Positions 53,201-64,000 of a DNA stretch of 64,000 nucleotides are shown here, one piece after another. The DNA is from Balanoglossus misakiensis (lineage: Eukaryota > Animalia > Hemichordata). The position numbers and the translations under genes are program-made. The notes beneath the pieces were generated by a model, which had not been told where the DNA came from, ran no database searches, and saw only the letters and a list, made by a program, of their open reading frames with translations. The DNA lies in assembly GCA_040954595.2 (NCBI GenBank), contig CM082581.2, positions 11,778,286 through 11,842,285 of the forward strand, given 5' to 3'. The stretch's first letter is position 1, and every line of letters begins with the position of its first letter.

Positions 53201-54905
53201 CAGAAAGAACAAGCAGTCAAAAAAATACCAAATGGTACTTGATACTTACTGGCCTGTCACCTCACCATGTGAGTGTTTTTCTATTTCTGATTTGATAACT
53301 GCCATCCAAGTCTACAAGATAACATGAGAATCACTTTAAATTATCTAGTTTAATTATTTCTTCTTTCGAAGGAAGTAAAGCTAATGTACTGTGTAAGTCT
53401 TCATATTTGATGATAATTCATGAATTTGAACTTGCACTGGCCATATCAATTATCATGCAAGGGTCACACTTTGGAAAACATGACACCTACCTGCATTTCA
53501 CGGTCAGACCCAGTGGCAAAGTACCATGTCCTTTCCTCGGGACTCACATGAATTAATTTGAACGCAAAACTTTTTGAATCTGGAGCAGCCGTGTCGTGTG
53601 CACGCATCACTCTGTGAGGGAAAGTCATCCAAGTCAAATTATGCACACAGAAGTATATGGGTTAACTACTGTACTGTATACATCATTAACCAGTCTATCT
53701 GTCTGTCGATCTGTTATGTTGTCACTGCTCTTCTTATCCTTTTTCTCAAGGTCTGTTGATTTTGAGAATTTCTGTACATGTACTTTTGACAGTTTCAATA
53801 TGTTTTCATGATGTCCGACAAGTCTTTTTAGCTGAATATACATCTTTGTGCCAGAATTTGCAATGATGCAGACAGAATGAACAGTGTGGCTGCATGTATG
53901 TCTTACCTTTTATAACCTAATAGACTAAAACAGTTTTTGGGTTTCTTGCTAGAATCATTGTTGTAAATGTAAAAACTGCCTTTGTGGACAATCATGTAAT
54001 AATTTTTCCCTGCAAAAGAAACATCATTTTTAGGCACTGAATGTTGGTAATATCAAAAATCTGATGGAGAGTCACAGCAAGGAATTGAATCATCATCTAA
54101 CAGCATTTGTCAGAACTCGGATTCGATCTTACAGGCAGACAAAATGAGCATACAAAACCACTGATAAAAAGGTATACGTACAACGAGACTTTAGCATTGG
54201 AAACTTGGCAGCCATTTTGTGAATGCCTTTATTGATAGATTCATAGTTCTTGGCATTATCGCGTTTATACAACCAGCCGACATGTGTGATATTTTCATCA
54301 TCTTTGAGTAAATCTTGGGCACCTGTTTGCAAAAAGAGCAAAATGTTACACATCTGCTGATGCCAAAAATTCTACGTACAATATTGCATTTCAAAGGGGA
54401 GGGGTATATAATGTGAATTAATTATCCTGATAAAAATGGGTTCAGACCTACTAGCCTGTTCTGCTGTTGAAGAACATGTAATTGTTTGAGAGTTGTCAGA
54501 CAGAGAAAGTCTTGTGACCTGTCACGTGATCACAGGTCAAAGGTTAACATTTTTATTTGTCGCTGCAGTATCAACCATTTGCAAAACCAGGAAACTGCTT
54601 TGAGGAGATGGGTTCACAAGTAATGCTTGAGGATATGACTTTCGTAAAATGCTGAACACAAAGCCCTATTTGGTGTTGTCTTTTTTTTACGAAGACTGAA
54701 CTAGAAGGAAATCTTGTTTGCATTTGCCTGTGACAACTATTAAGATTTGAAAATAACACAGTATAGTATCTCACTGTACAGAATTTATATGTGAACATTG
54801 AAATTCTGGCCTAAACTGATACTCACCAATTGTTTTCATAGGCTCAATACATATTGACCCCTTATGTCCACCTGTCGTAAATCCTGTATTAGAATGGGCC
54901 ATCAT
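50282..54905 (-). CDS. SH3BP2: SH3 domain-binding protein 2 (PH - Pro-rich - SH2 adaptor); exons 54905-54827, 54322-54182, 54009-53907, 53611-53491, 53311-53250, 53112-52946, [52792-52745 optional], 52537-52048, 51923-51857, 51641-51522, 51255-51191, 50994-50928, 50808-50746, 50422-50282
   Basis: All junctions are GT-AG and in frame. PMKTIGAQDLL...GWLYK...FSLLGYKRVMRA...FAFKLIHVS...RTWYF matches the SH3BP2 PH domain (human PMKAIGAQNLL...FSLSGYNRVMRA as recalled). It also has a Pro-rich middle, an RSEPDGQS motif and a C-terminal SH2 (GMYLVRKS...LLKHY). Candidate non-coding first exon ~56324-56420. Confidence 0.9.
50481..50713. mobile_element. Degenerate Tc1/mariner(pogo)-type MITE in the last SH3BP2 intron
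   Basis: The right end GGTCACTAACACAGGTTTGACTGT resembles CAGTCAAACCTG-type TIRs, with subterminal CTATAGAG repeats. The left end TACAGT is degenerate. Confidence 0.35.
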
Positions 54906-57279
54906 GAATCTAGACAAAATAAACAAACAGGCATCTATTGAACATAGACTTCTACAATCAAATACTCTAATGTATGTAGTGTACAATAAACACCTCTTAT
55001 ACAGGGGGGTGATAAATTAATATTTGAAGGCAAAAGTAGATATGGTACAGATGTCAGGGGTGCAGCCAAGTTCAAGGTAGTTTGGTGCTTGAGGAAGAAA
55101 AGCAACTAAGTCAGGGTAGTGTGGCCGGAGAAAGATTTATAAAGAAGAATATGTTGCTTAGGGGAAATAGTCTTGCTAAGGTTTCAAACTTTTATTCACT
55201 GAGATTGCACACAACGTGTAAAATAGGCAGTGCATGCTTTGATTACAGATTACTTTCACTTCTTGCTGGAAGCCATGTACGGAGGGGGGGGGGGGGGCGT
55301 AAACTATTGTGTAGCTAGGGAGTACCATCTCTCCATTCAACTTTACATGTGAAGACAGCTAGTCAGTTCCGACATTTGAACAAGGCCCATCACAATGATA
55401 AATACATAAGGACACCCACTGATAGAAATGGACTTTGGTATCAGTTAACGGTACTACTATGCATATCTTCAGACTGCTACATACAACAAAGGGGATGATT
55501 TCCATGACCTTAAGAGATTTGACCTAGATCAAGGTCAAGATCAGGCCAGGTCATCTGATGGGAAAAAAATTATAAAAAGTGTTGACAACAATTTACCATG
55601 CTGCCGGGCCATGGAGCTACCGAAATGAGTGTGATCACTTCATCTGCAGTACCTCCATTGGTTTGAAAATTATATTTCAATAAGTCTTAGGAAGAAACTG
55701 CCATCAACATTCAGTGTAATCTCATATATGTTCAGAGGCAAATTTATTCAATGTTCATGTACATGTACCTGTGTCAGTGTGTGACCTCAACGTGACATCA
55801 ACATTATTTTGGTGTATGTTTCACACTACAATGTAACACACGTATGTAAGTACACGTTCTGGGTATATGGTAAACGGAGGTTGTCAATACCGTAAGAAGT
55901 GAAATCTCGATCGAAGCACTACGATAAATTTGCGTGTGTATTACAGTTCCAGGCCGGGCCAGCTTTGGTCATGTACATAAATAATGGGACATCAGTATCA
56001 CTGTAAAACTTTCTGCGTGTGTCGCTACATATCAATAATAATACGCCAAATGGATCTCCATTTTCGGATATTATCCTTTGAGTGTTCAAAATACTTAACA
56101 CGGCGATTTAGATCGCCAACTCAAGTGAATTGAACACTTCGCCAAGACGAAACACCGTAGTCCCCAACCCTCTCATTGCCTCCCAAACATACATCACACT
56201 CACTCGACTTCCCATAGCTGTGGCAAAACACCACCAGAGGCCAAAGTTCCTGAAACCTGATTTGCGGAATATGACGATCGTTACCGAATTTTGTTAAAAA
56301 GCATTAAATCAATGTCAACTCACCCAACGTACAGTTCTATTCTCCGCTGAAATCCATTCTGTCAACTTACTTGATACAAACTTCCTCGGACTTAGTTTTC
56401 TCGATCAATTTCCGGGAAGCAACTTGTTAGCGCTGGAGCCCCGGATGTTATTCAAAAGTTACTAAGTTAGGGGTTCCCATTTTATTTTGGAAGTTCCTCG
56501 TTGCGTTTTACATTCGGTAGAACAGTTTGCGCTGTGTTTGAGGCCTCGCTTGAGTTGCAAGACGGCATGTCTCTATTTAATTAACATGCAATGAAACATT
56601 TCACTGGGATAATCTCAAATTCACCAAGGTTTCTTACATAAAAACAAAAGTTGGTTTCGGTTAGGTAAAGAGGGCGCACGCATGTACGAGAGGTCATGAT
56701 GGGAGGTGGCCGCTGTCTGGCAATACAAGTATAACACTGACTGTGTGTGTACGACATGGAATAATCAACCTGGTACAAGAAAATATATTGATATGAATTT
56801 TATTTACAAAACTTAATGGCATTCCAGTTTTCTGCCAAAAGTTCATAAAAAACAATTCTTGTCGCTCATGGCGAAACGCATTTATCTACACATTATACAG
56901 GTATACAAATTATGTACAGCAAAACTGAATTAGCAAAAGAATGAAAAATAAAATAACTGCAATTTAAAAGCATCTGATTGAAATTGACATAACTGTGAGT
57001 GATTTCTCAACTTAAATGATGTCATCTACCTGGTTTTGGAAGAAACTACAAAACTTAAGTATGACTTGCATTTTTGAAACTCTCTTGGGTTAAAATTAAC
57101 CCCTCCAAGCAGACAACATTTGTGCGTTACAGTTGTAAACTGGGAAAAAAATTTGTTGGACAAGTATGGCGACAAAGACTGTCTAGCTTTGCATATACAA
57201 ATTTTAGTCAACTACATGAAGTGGCATTTCATGTTAGACCTAAAGAAGATGATCATTTTATGGTTGGTAATTTTATTAT

Positions 57280-58220
57280 TTAAGTCCTGTTGATATTGAC
57301 ATTGACCTGGTTTGCACCCATAATGACAAAATTTCCCCTTCCACCGATCTTGGCCACATTTTGTGTGTGAGACATCGATGTTGTTGAGGAAAGTCTTGGT
57401 CCATCACCACCGTCTGTACAATCAGTTCCGCCTCTTGGTGGCGCTCTTCTCACTAACTGGCCCTCTTCTTTCCTCCTCACTGGTTGTACTGCAGAAAAAA
57501 CAATACTTCATTAAAGGATGAGGAGACTGGCGGAGAGAAATCAGACATAATTCTCAATGATCACAGAATTTTTTTCTAGGATGTACGCATAAAATATTTT
57601 TAGTTAAAAATTACTGTGACACATACCTGCCATTTTTTCTTGTGTCGGCTTTCTTCTGCAATGCTGTTCCAATTTACTCATGTCTGTCTTGTCCAGCAAC
57701 TCCACTAAGTGTGGATATGGCTCAGCCAAGGCTTCACGGAATTCTTGGTATGCATCATCACTTGTGGACTTTTCTAGAAGATTTAGCATCTTTGCAGCTC
57801 TGTCCTGGAAATCAGAAAAAAAAAATCAGGTTAGCACACCATGAACATATCTATAACTCGCATTGATTCCTGTCCAAAAGCTTTCATACTGATATACAGA
57901 CAAACAGGCACCAGAAGTCAACTGATCCCATAAACTCCTACTCATATGACATCATTCAAAGCCCTGGATTGAGAGGTCAGAATCCTCCAGGAAAAGAACA
58001 GTCCGCCTGAAAATATGAGAGTTTATAGTATCAACCAGCCAGTTGTCTCTTAAAGAAGTTGAAGTCCTACCTGTGATGTAACTGCAGCCCGGATTCTCTC
58101 ATCATCATCAATGTCAAAGACGTACACAGCGATCAGCTGGTTTAGTACATACTTCACATCTATGGTTTTGACTAAGTTGGCACGATTGATCCTCAAGCGA
58201 TATTTCTCTTCCAGCTTCAT
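57280..58220 (-). CDS. Small CARD-domain protein (178 aa) with C-terminal RHIM-like motif; exons 58220-58071, 57804-57627, 57488-57280
   Basis: The spliced MKLEEKYRLRINRANLVKTIDVKYVLNQLIAVYVFDIDDDERIRAAVTSQDRAAKMLNLLEKSTSDDAYQEFREALAEPYPHLVELL has the CARD pattern. A disordered linker follows, and the protein ends GNFVIMGANQVNVNINRT*. Probable 5' UTR intron ~59360-58284. Confidence 0.82.
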
Positions 58221-59824
58221 TCCTGTTTTAGGTCTTCTGTGATTATTCTATCCAATAAATTCAGCCACCTATGATTCCCAAACCTGAAATGCAATAAATA
58301 AGAATATAAATAAGCAGACTATATTTTTCATGCAATATGTTGAAAAAAACAAGACCAAAATTGAAGGTCCGATGGTCCGAATTATGCCAAAATTGTTGAG
58401 CTACACAAAGTTCCCCCACACTTTCCTACTTTTTGTTTCTTATCAAATATGCCTGTTTGTCAAAGAACACCACCACATGTTGTTTTCATCTGTCATCGGA
58501 TGATATCTTTCCACGAAACTTTCAGAAACCTCAGCGTTGGATGGGTCAAACAAAGGTCAGGGAGTGGAACACCCTGCCTTGCTGGCACTCACTGAATAAG
58601 ACACTTTTCCCAATATTTTAAGGGGCAAAGTCGCTAACTTTTGATAGCAGTTTGGTTAAAAACTTTATTTAGCTTCGTTTGATAGATTATTCATGTTGTT
58701 CTACACGAAAAAAAAGCGAAACAGGGCCAGAGTGACTCATCGCTTTAGCAAACAAACTGGTGCCAGTAGTGGGGAATGTCCAAAGCATAGGCGCAAAGCA
58801 GACTCGCAGAAAACGATCCTGTCCCCGCCCTCTAGTCACGACGCACGAAATCGAGTCCAGACGTTTATGATCGGGTCAAGGACAGTGTGTTTATCCACAG
58901 ATTCCTTCGTCGTGGAAAGCATGTGGCTGCATGATCTGAAGTTTCATTTATATATGTTGACACGTTTCGCAAGATATACTGTATTGCTACAACATTTTAA
59001 CTATTTTATCTTGGGACTGGGAGTTTGATAATGTACACTCCAAGTAACAGGGTCCAAGGCTGGTCAGGGACTGTGGACGGTGGTATCTCCTTATGCAAGT
59101 ACCATGGGACAGAGTAGCTGCAGTTCATGAGTTGCATGCTTGGTTTTTGTGTTAGACGGCAAAACCGCCTTACCAAAAAAAAAAAAAAAAAAAAAAACAG
59201 GTACCCGCATCTTTAGCTGTAGTACCGTACGGCAGCTACTCCATATCTTACACGGCAAAGGTGCATCAGTATTAAAGTGTGAACAAAAACCCCCTCTACT
59301 GTCTACGATAACACAGTTTCCACTCCATCGGATCATGATCAAGTGTTGAAAGTGACTCACCCTGCTTCGATCGACTGTATCTCCTAGTCGGTATTCGGCG
59401 CGGTGCTTTTGTCCGACAGGTTTTTCGATACAGCAATGTACATGTACCCCCGTACCACGAGTGCGATCCTTACTGCATTAAATTTTACACCAGACACTAA
59501 ACTCTATGAATAAACTGTGTCGCGTGACGCGTAGGAGGAGAGGCCTGTGGTTATGACGTCGCGAGTGTTTAGTACTATTTATAGATGATGAGTAACGTTT
59601 CCCAAGAATCAGGACGTGTACTGCTGTGTTTAGTGAAGTTGTCGTCAATAACCGGACGTCCGACAGTAGGATTTCCATACATATATGGGCATATATGCGG
59701 GGGCTAGGTGTCGTCAGAATACACCACTACGCTCCATGTATGAAAAAAGATCGCAGAGAAATCCAACTTGAAGTTGATTCTTGAAGCGTCAAAAGCGAGC
59801 AACTTTTCCCGTTTAATAAAATTT

Positions 59825-59838
59825 GTTGTTGTTGTTGT

Positions 59839-59918
<80 letters not shown>
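59825..59918. repeat. Compound microsatellite (GTT)5(GAT)26
   Basis: Read directly from the sequence. It lies between the divergent CARD-gene and SH3PXD2 starts. Confidence 0.95.
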
Positions 59919-59920
<2 letters not shown>

Positions 59921-60238
59921 AAGTAAACCCAGATTCCGACGCGAAATAAAGCAGTTACTATTGATAGCGCCCTCAATAATAATTTAAATAAGTGACCTTT
60001 GTCTTTAGTTGTAAAAAGTTGTAAACCTGTGTCACCTGTGTGTACGTGTGCATAGGCGTGGGCTGTTGGGTTATCCGTCACGCCCCTTCTTCACACAGTA
60101 CCATGATGAGTAATGCATAAGATCTCGCTTATCGCGAGAATTGATTGACGAGATGTCAATGAATATGGCTGCGACCTGAGTGCATTGCAGGTCAGCGAGC
60201 GGATCAGTCGCCGGTGCGTGTTTCACAGCTGATTAGCC

Positions 60239-63200
60239 ATGGGTCGGACGATACTAGAAGTGAATGTTGTCGATGCGGAAAAGAGGAGATTTCCCAGTAA
60301 GCATTACGTAAGTACAAACTTACCAGCCGTACGGCGTACATGATTTTCACAGGCAAACTCACGGTCACTCTGATCTTGGGGTGACCGTGGCAAACTGTTA
60401 CATCATATACATCATTATTATACACCTACTGCTGTACATGTTGTAACGGTGTACCGTTATCGGGTACATACTTAGAGAGGCTTGTTGATTCTGTCAAGAG
60501 ACTGGCATTTCCCTTTTACATAGTTTCTGGCCAATTAATGTTCCAACGCGAACATAATGAGCGAAGGGGTTTAAACTGTAGGTTCACTGTCAGTGCGAAA
60601 CACAAGGTTCATAATGGTGGTAAAAGTATGTTGGGACTCCGGAGTTTTCGTGCATTGTCAGAATGACTTTGGGTATGTCTTTTCACAGCCACACGCCGTG
60701 GAGATCGTTCATGCGGAGATAAAAAAAAGTTCTTGTGCACATGAACTGACCTTATCCAACTGGAATAAAACAATAGTGGGCTAAGTCTCTCCTTCGTGTC
60801 ACCCTGTACCAGGTTTTGGTTTGTCTAAGATTATTGACTGTAACCAGGCACCTAAAACATAAAACAAAGCCTGCTGTCAAAACATTGAGCCATGACCAGA
60901 CTCCAAGAAAACACTTTAACAATAGCTCAAATGACCGAGTTGAAATCTGATATTCAAACAATCTATTAAATGCAGTCACCTTCACACCCACACACAAAAA
61001 TAAAAAAGGAGACAGTGGAACGTCACAAGCATTCTCTTCCACTGCCTATGCCTAAATGGTTCACTTTTCTTTAAAAGCTTGACCACGTCAGAAAAGGGAC
61101 TGTCTGCCACTAGTCCATTAAGAGAAACTTTACTATTAAAGTGGTTATGTGGAGGAATTTTGCCTATTTTATTGCAGTTGGTGTACACTTCTGAATGATT
61201 ACCATAAATGTTGTTTATAAAGTTATACGGGTAATAGACTGTCTGGCATATGATGGAAGTGGGGTGGTTCATGTATCAGATTTCAGGTCAGCCACTGAAA
61301 CGTATTCAGAGCATATTTAGAAATCTTTCAAAACTTCTTTCCACATTTCCCACATTTCTTCAGCACAAATTGAAATAAAACCCTGCTCTCTTTTGATTCT
61401 GTCAGGTGTATGTTATTCATGTCCATTGGTCGGATGACACATCCTATGTAATCTACAGAAGATATAGCAGATTCTTTGATTTCCAGGTAAGTTTTATATT
61501 TTTGAACTATTATACCACAAACACCAGGTATGATGATGGGTACCGTCTTGACGGTAAACATCTAGATTTTTCCCACTCACCAGTGATCGTTAGAGCAAAG
61601 GGTTTGAAAAAAGGTTGGAGAAAGTGTCTGGTTGGTAAACATCTGGGTGGAGGGGGGGGGGCAGTTGTCCCAGAACCAACCCAGACACTGATATCAAAAG
61701 GATGTATCACCATGTACTTTTGCATAACACTGACACCTGGGTTGCTCCAGGCATACACCAATGACAATGTCAATAATCAGTACAGAAAACATGTTTCTTA
61801 TATAATACTCAAACAAAGACACACAAACTAGCTGCATGGTTAGTCAACACTCATGAATATAAATCCATATCCATTGTTCATGTAATTAGATTAAAGTAAT
61901 ACCCTCTGATGTGATGCAAAGTTTCTCTTCTTTTTTGTGCACAGGTGAGATTGCTGGACATGTTCCCAGATGAAGCTGGCTCCAAAGATCCATCTCAAAG
62001 AATAATACCTTTCTTGCCTGGTAAATAAAATTAGTTTATCAATAATGTTTGAAATCAGGGAGTACTTTATCATAAGTGTATTCCCAGGTACATCATAAAT
62101 ATATTTTGTTGTTCTGAGCATTCAACAAGCTGCTTTGTGTCATTTCTGAGTGATACGCAAATATGTCAGAAAGGGTAGTCCAGTTTTTGATGTATTAATT
62201 CTCTGCCAGAACTGATTCATTTCATGATTGATTTTGATTCTCAGGAAAGAAATGGATTGGTCGAAGTAATGTCCGTAAAGTTGCCATGGAACGGTTAAGT
62301 GTCATCGATGAATATTGTAGGGTGAGTTCAACAACTTAAAACCTCCTAAACAAGATCCTGTCTGAATTGGGAAATTGGAAATGGGGTGCTGAAAGACACT
62401 GCTTTGATGTTTGATGTTTTTTCACTGTAGTGTACGTTAGTTAGTGAGGTTTAACAGTCAACTGAGCAAAATATGTAATTCTGTCTGTCTATGTACACAC
62501 ATATACACACACACAAACACACATACAATTGCATGCCATTGGCACTATCACCAGCCCAGCCATAACATCTGCTCTTTTGCATTTACATATTACAGGCATT
62601 AATAAGACTACCACCTAAGATCTCTGAGTGTCCTTTTGTATTTAGTTTCTTTGAGACGTTGCCGGAAGATTTAAGTCCTACACTAGCCAATCAGTAAGTA
62701 ATCTAGTTCTGAAGGAAATGCTGGAATTTTGCTGCATTGATCATGAGATATTCCTGAACTTGCATTTTACTAAAAGAAAATTAACTTTCATATCTCTTCA
62801 TTTTAGGGATCCTAACAGGAAGAAAAATGTCAATGGTGGGTAGTCTACTATGTCAATGTACATTCTTAAATTTTGTCTGTACATTCACAACAAGTTACAT
62901 TGCATCTTAACTTTCTTGACTAGAGTTGAGTTGCAGGGAAATTATATCAGATTTAAATGAAATACCGTTCAAGTATTCAGACATGGTGATATACTAGTAA
63001 TACGCTGTTAGATGTTTTGGGTAAAATTATCAGTTGTGTAAATAGGAACAGAAATGTTTCTTAAAAGTTTTTTCCTTTGTTCTCCATTGTGTCAACAGCA
63101 AAAGATACCAAATATAGTTGATGCTATGAACTGAACAGACATAATTGGAATTCTTCACTTTCAGTATGGATCAACAACTGGAAATGAAACGATAACATCC

Positions 63201-64000
63201 CCATAAATCTCAGAAATTTGACACCTTTTAAGGGTTGATTCTGTGCACTTTGACCCATGTTTTCATTATCATGATATAAATATTTGTTATGTTTCAGCAT
63301 TTATTTGATATACCCTGGATAAGTCCACTTCCAAACACCACCTGTTGTCCACCCAGTCTTCAAATATTTGGACACGTCGTATGATTTGATTCTAATGTGT
63401 GAAAATATGATTGCTATTTTGTGGGGATGGGTTGGAGGTCATTTGTAGTCATTGAAGATATTTGCGGCAGGTTAATGACCCATACCATACTTGGAATAAC
63501 AGGGGTAAAAAATTCAGCTCCAATGTGCTAATTAATGTAGTATTCATAACACTTTAAATTGAAATGACATCCACATTTAAAAAATAATTTCTTTGCAACA
63601 AAGCCAGTGTGTGTGTGTGTGTGTGTGTACATTCATTGTATTATTTCATTCTATTCGTTCTATCTTTCCTCCTGTTATTTATGCTGGTAATCTTTCTTTT
63701 TCAGAGGCTGAAGTCAACATATCAGAACCAATACAGTTGGATAACTATGTTGCCATAGCAGATTACAAGAAACAAAAAAGCAATGAACTCTGTCTACAAG
63801 GAGGTGACATTGTTGAAGTGATTGAGAAGAATCACACAGGTTGGCCATTAATAAATTCATATTTGTCATTTGTCAGACAGGAATCATGACTGTTTCATAT
63901 GTGTATGTTGATGATTTGGTAATCTTCATTGGTATATTCACTGTCACAATTGGCTTGAATATATTATCCTATATATATATTATATATTATAGGTTGGTGG
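60239..64000 (+). CDS. SH3PXD2A: SH3 and PX domain-containing protein 2 (Tks5/Tks4-like), 5' part; exons 60239-60307, 61406-61486, 61945-62020, 62245-62321, 62596-62693, 62807-62835, 63705-63839, 63993->64000
   Basis: Spliced PX domain [33 protein letters not shown]...[38 protein letters not shown]...[18 protein letters not shown], then the first SH3 [34 protein letters not shown]. It is likely co-orthologous to SH3PXD2A/B; an NCF1-like identity is less likely but the C-terminus is outside the window. Confidence 0.88.

Noticed and set aside
59704-60081. Poly-Ser ORF
   Set aside because: It is an artefact of the (GAT)n microsatellite.

Overview
AT-rich, intron-containing animal DNA. The gene content and sulfotransferase expansion suggest an invertebrate deuterostome such as a hemichordate or echinoderm (inference only). 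Positions 1-29.5 kb are essentially non-coding. They look like a >28 kb first intron of an unidentified minus-strand gene (candidate exons near 29.3-29.5 kb and at 629-702), are rich in CRE motifs and hold a minimal Penelope-type hammerhead ribozyme. Positions 30.0-36.0 kb are about 10.8 copies of a 552-bp satellite carrying triple palindromes. Positions 36-64 kb are gene dense. In order they hold BRF2, two tandem Golgi sulfotransferases (one with a degenerate PAPS-binding motif), TMEM230, a GAL3ST-family sulfotransferase with a telomere-repeat MITE upstream of its CDS, SH3BP2 (with a conserved tankyrase/cherubism motif), a small CARD protein ending in a RHIM-like motif, and the 5' part of SH3PXD2/Tks. 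Exon structures were built by hand from GT-AG sites and frame continuity. No database searches were run, and protein identifications rest on recalled family motifs.
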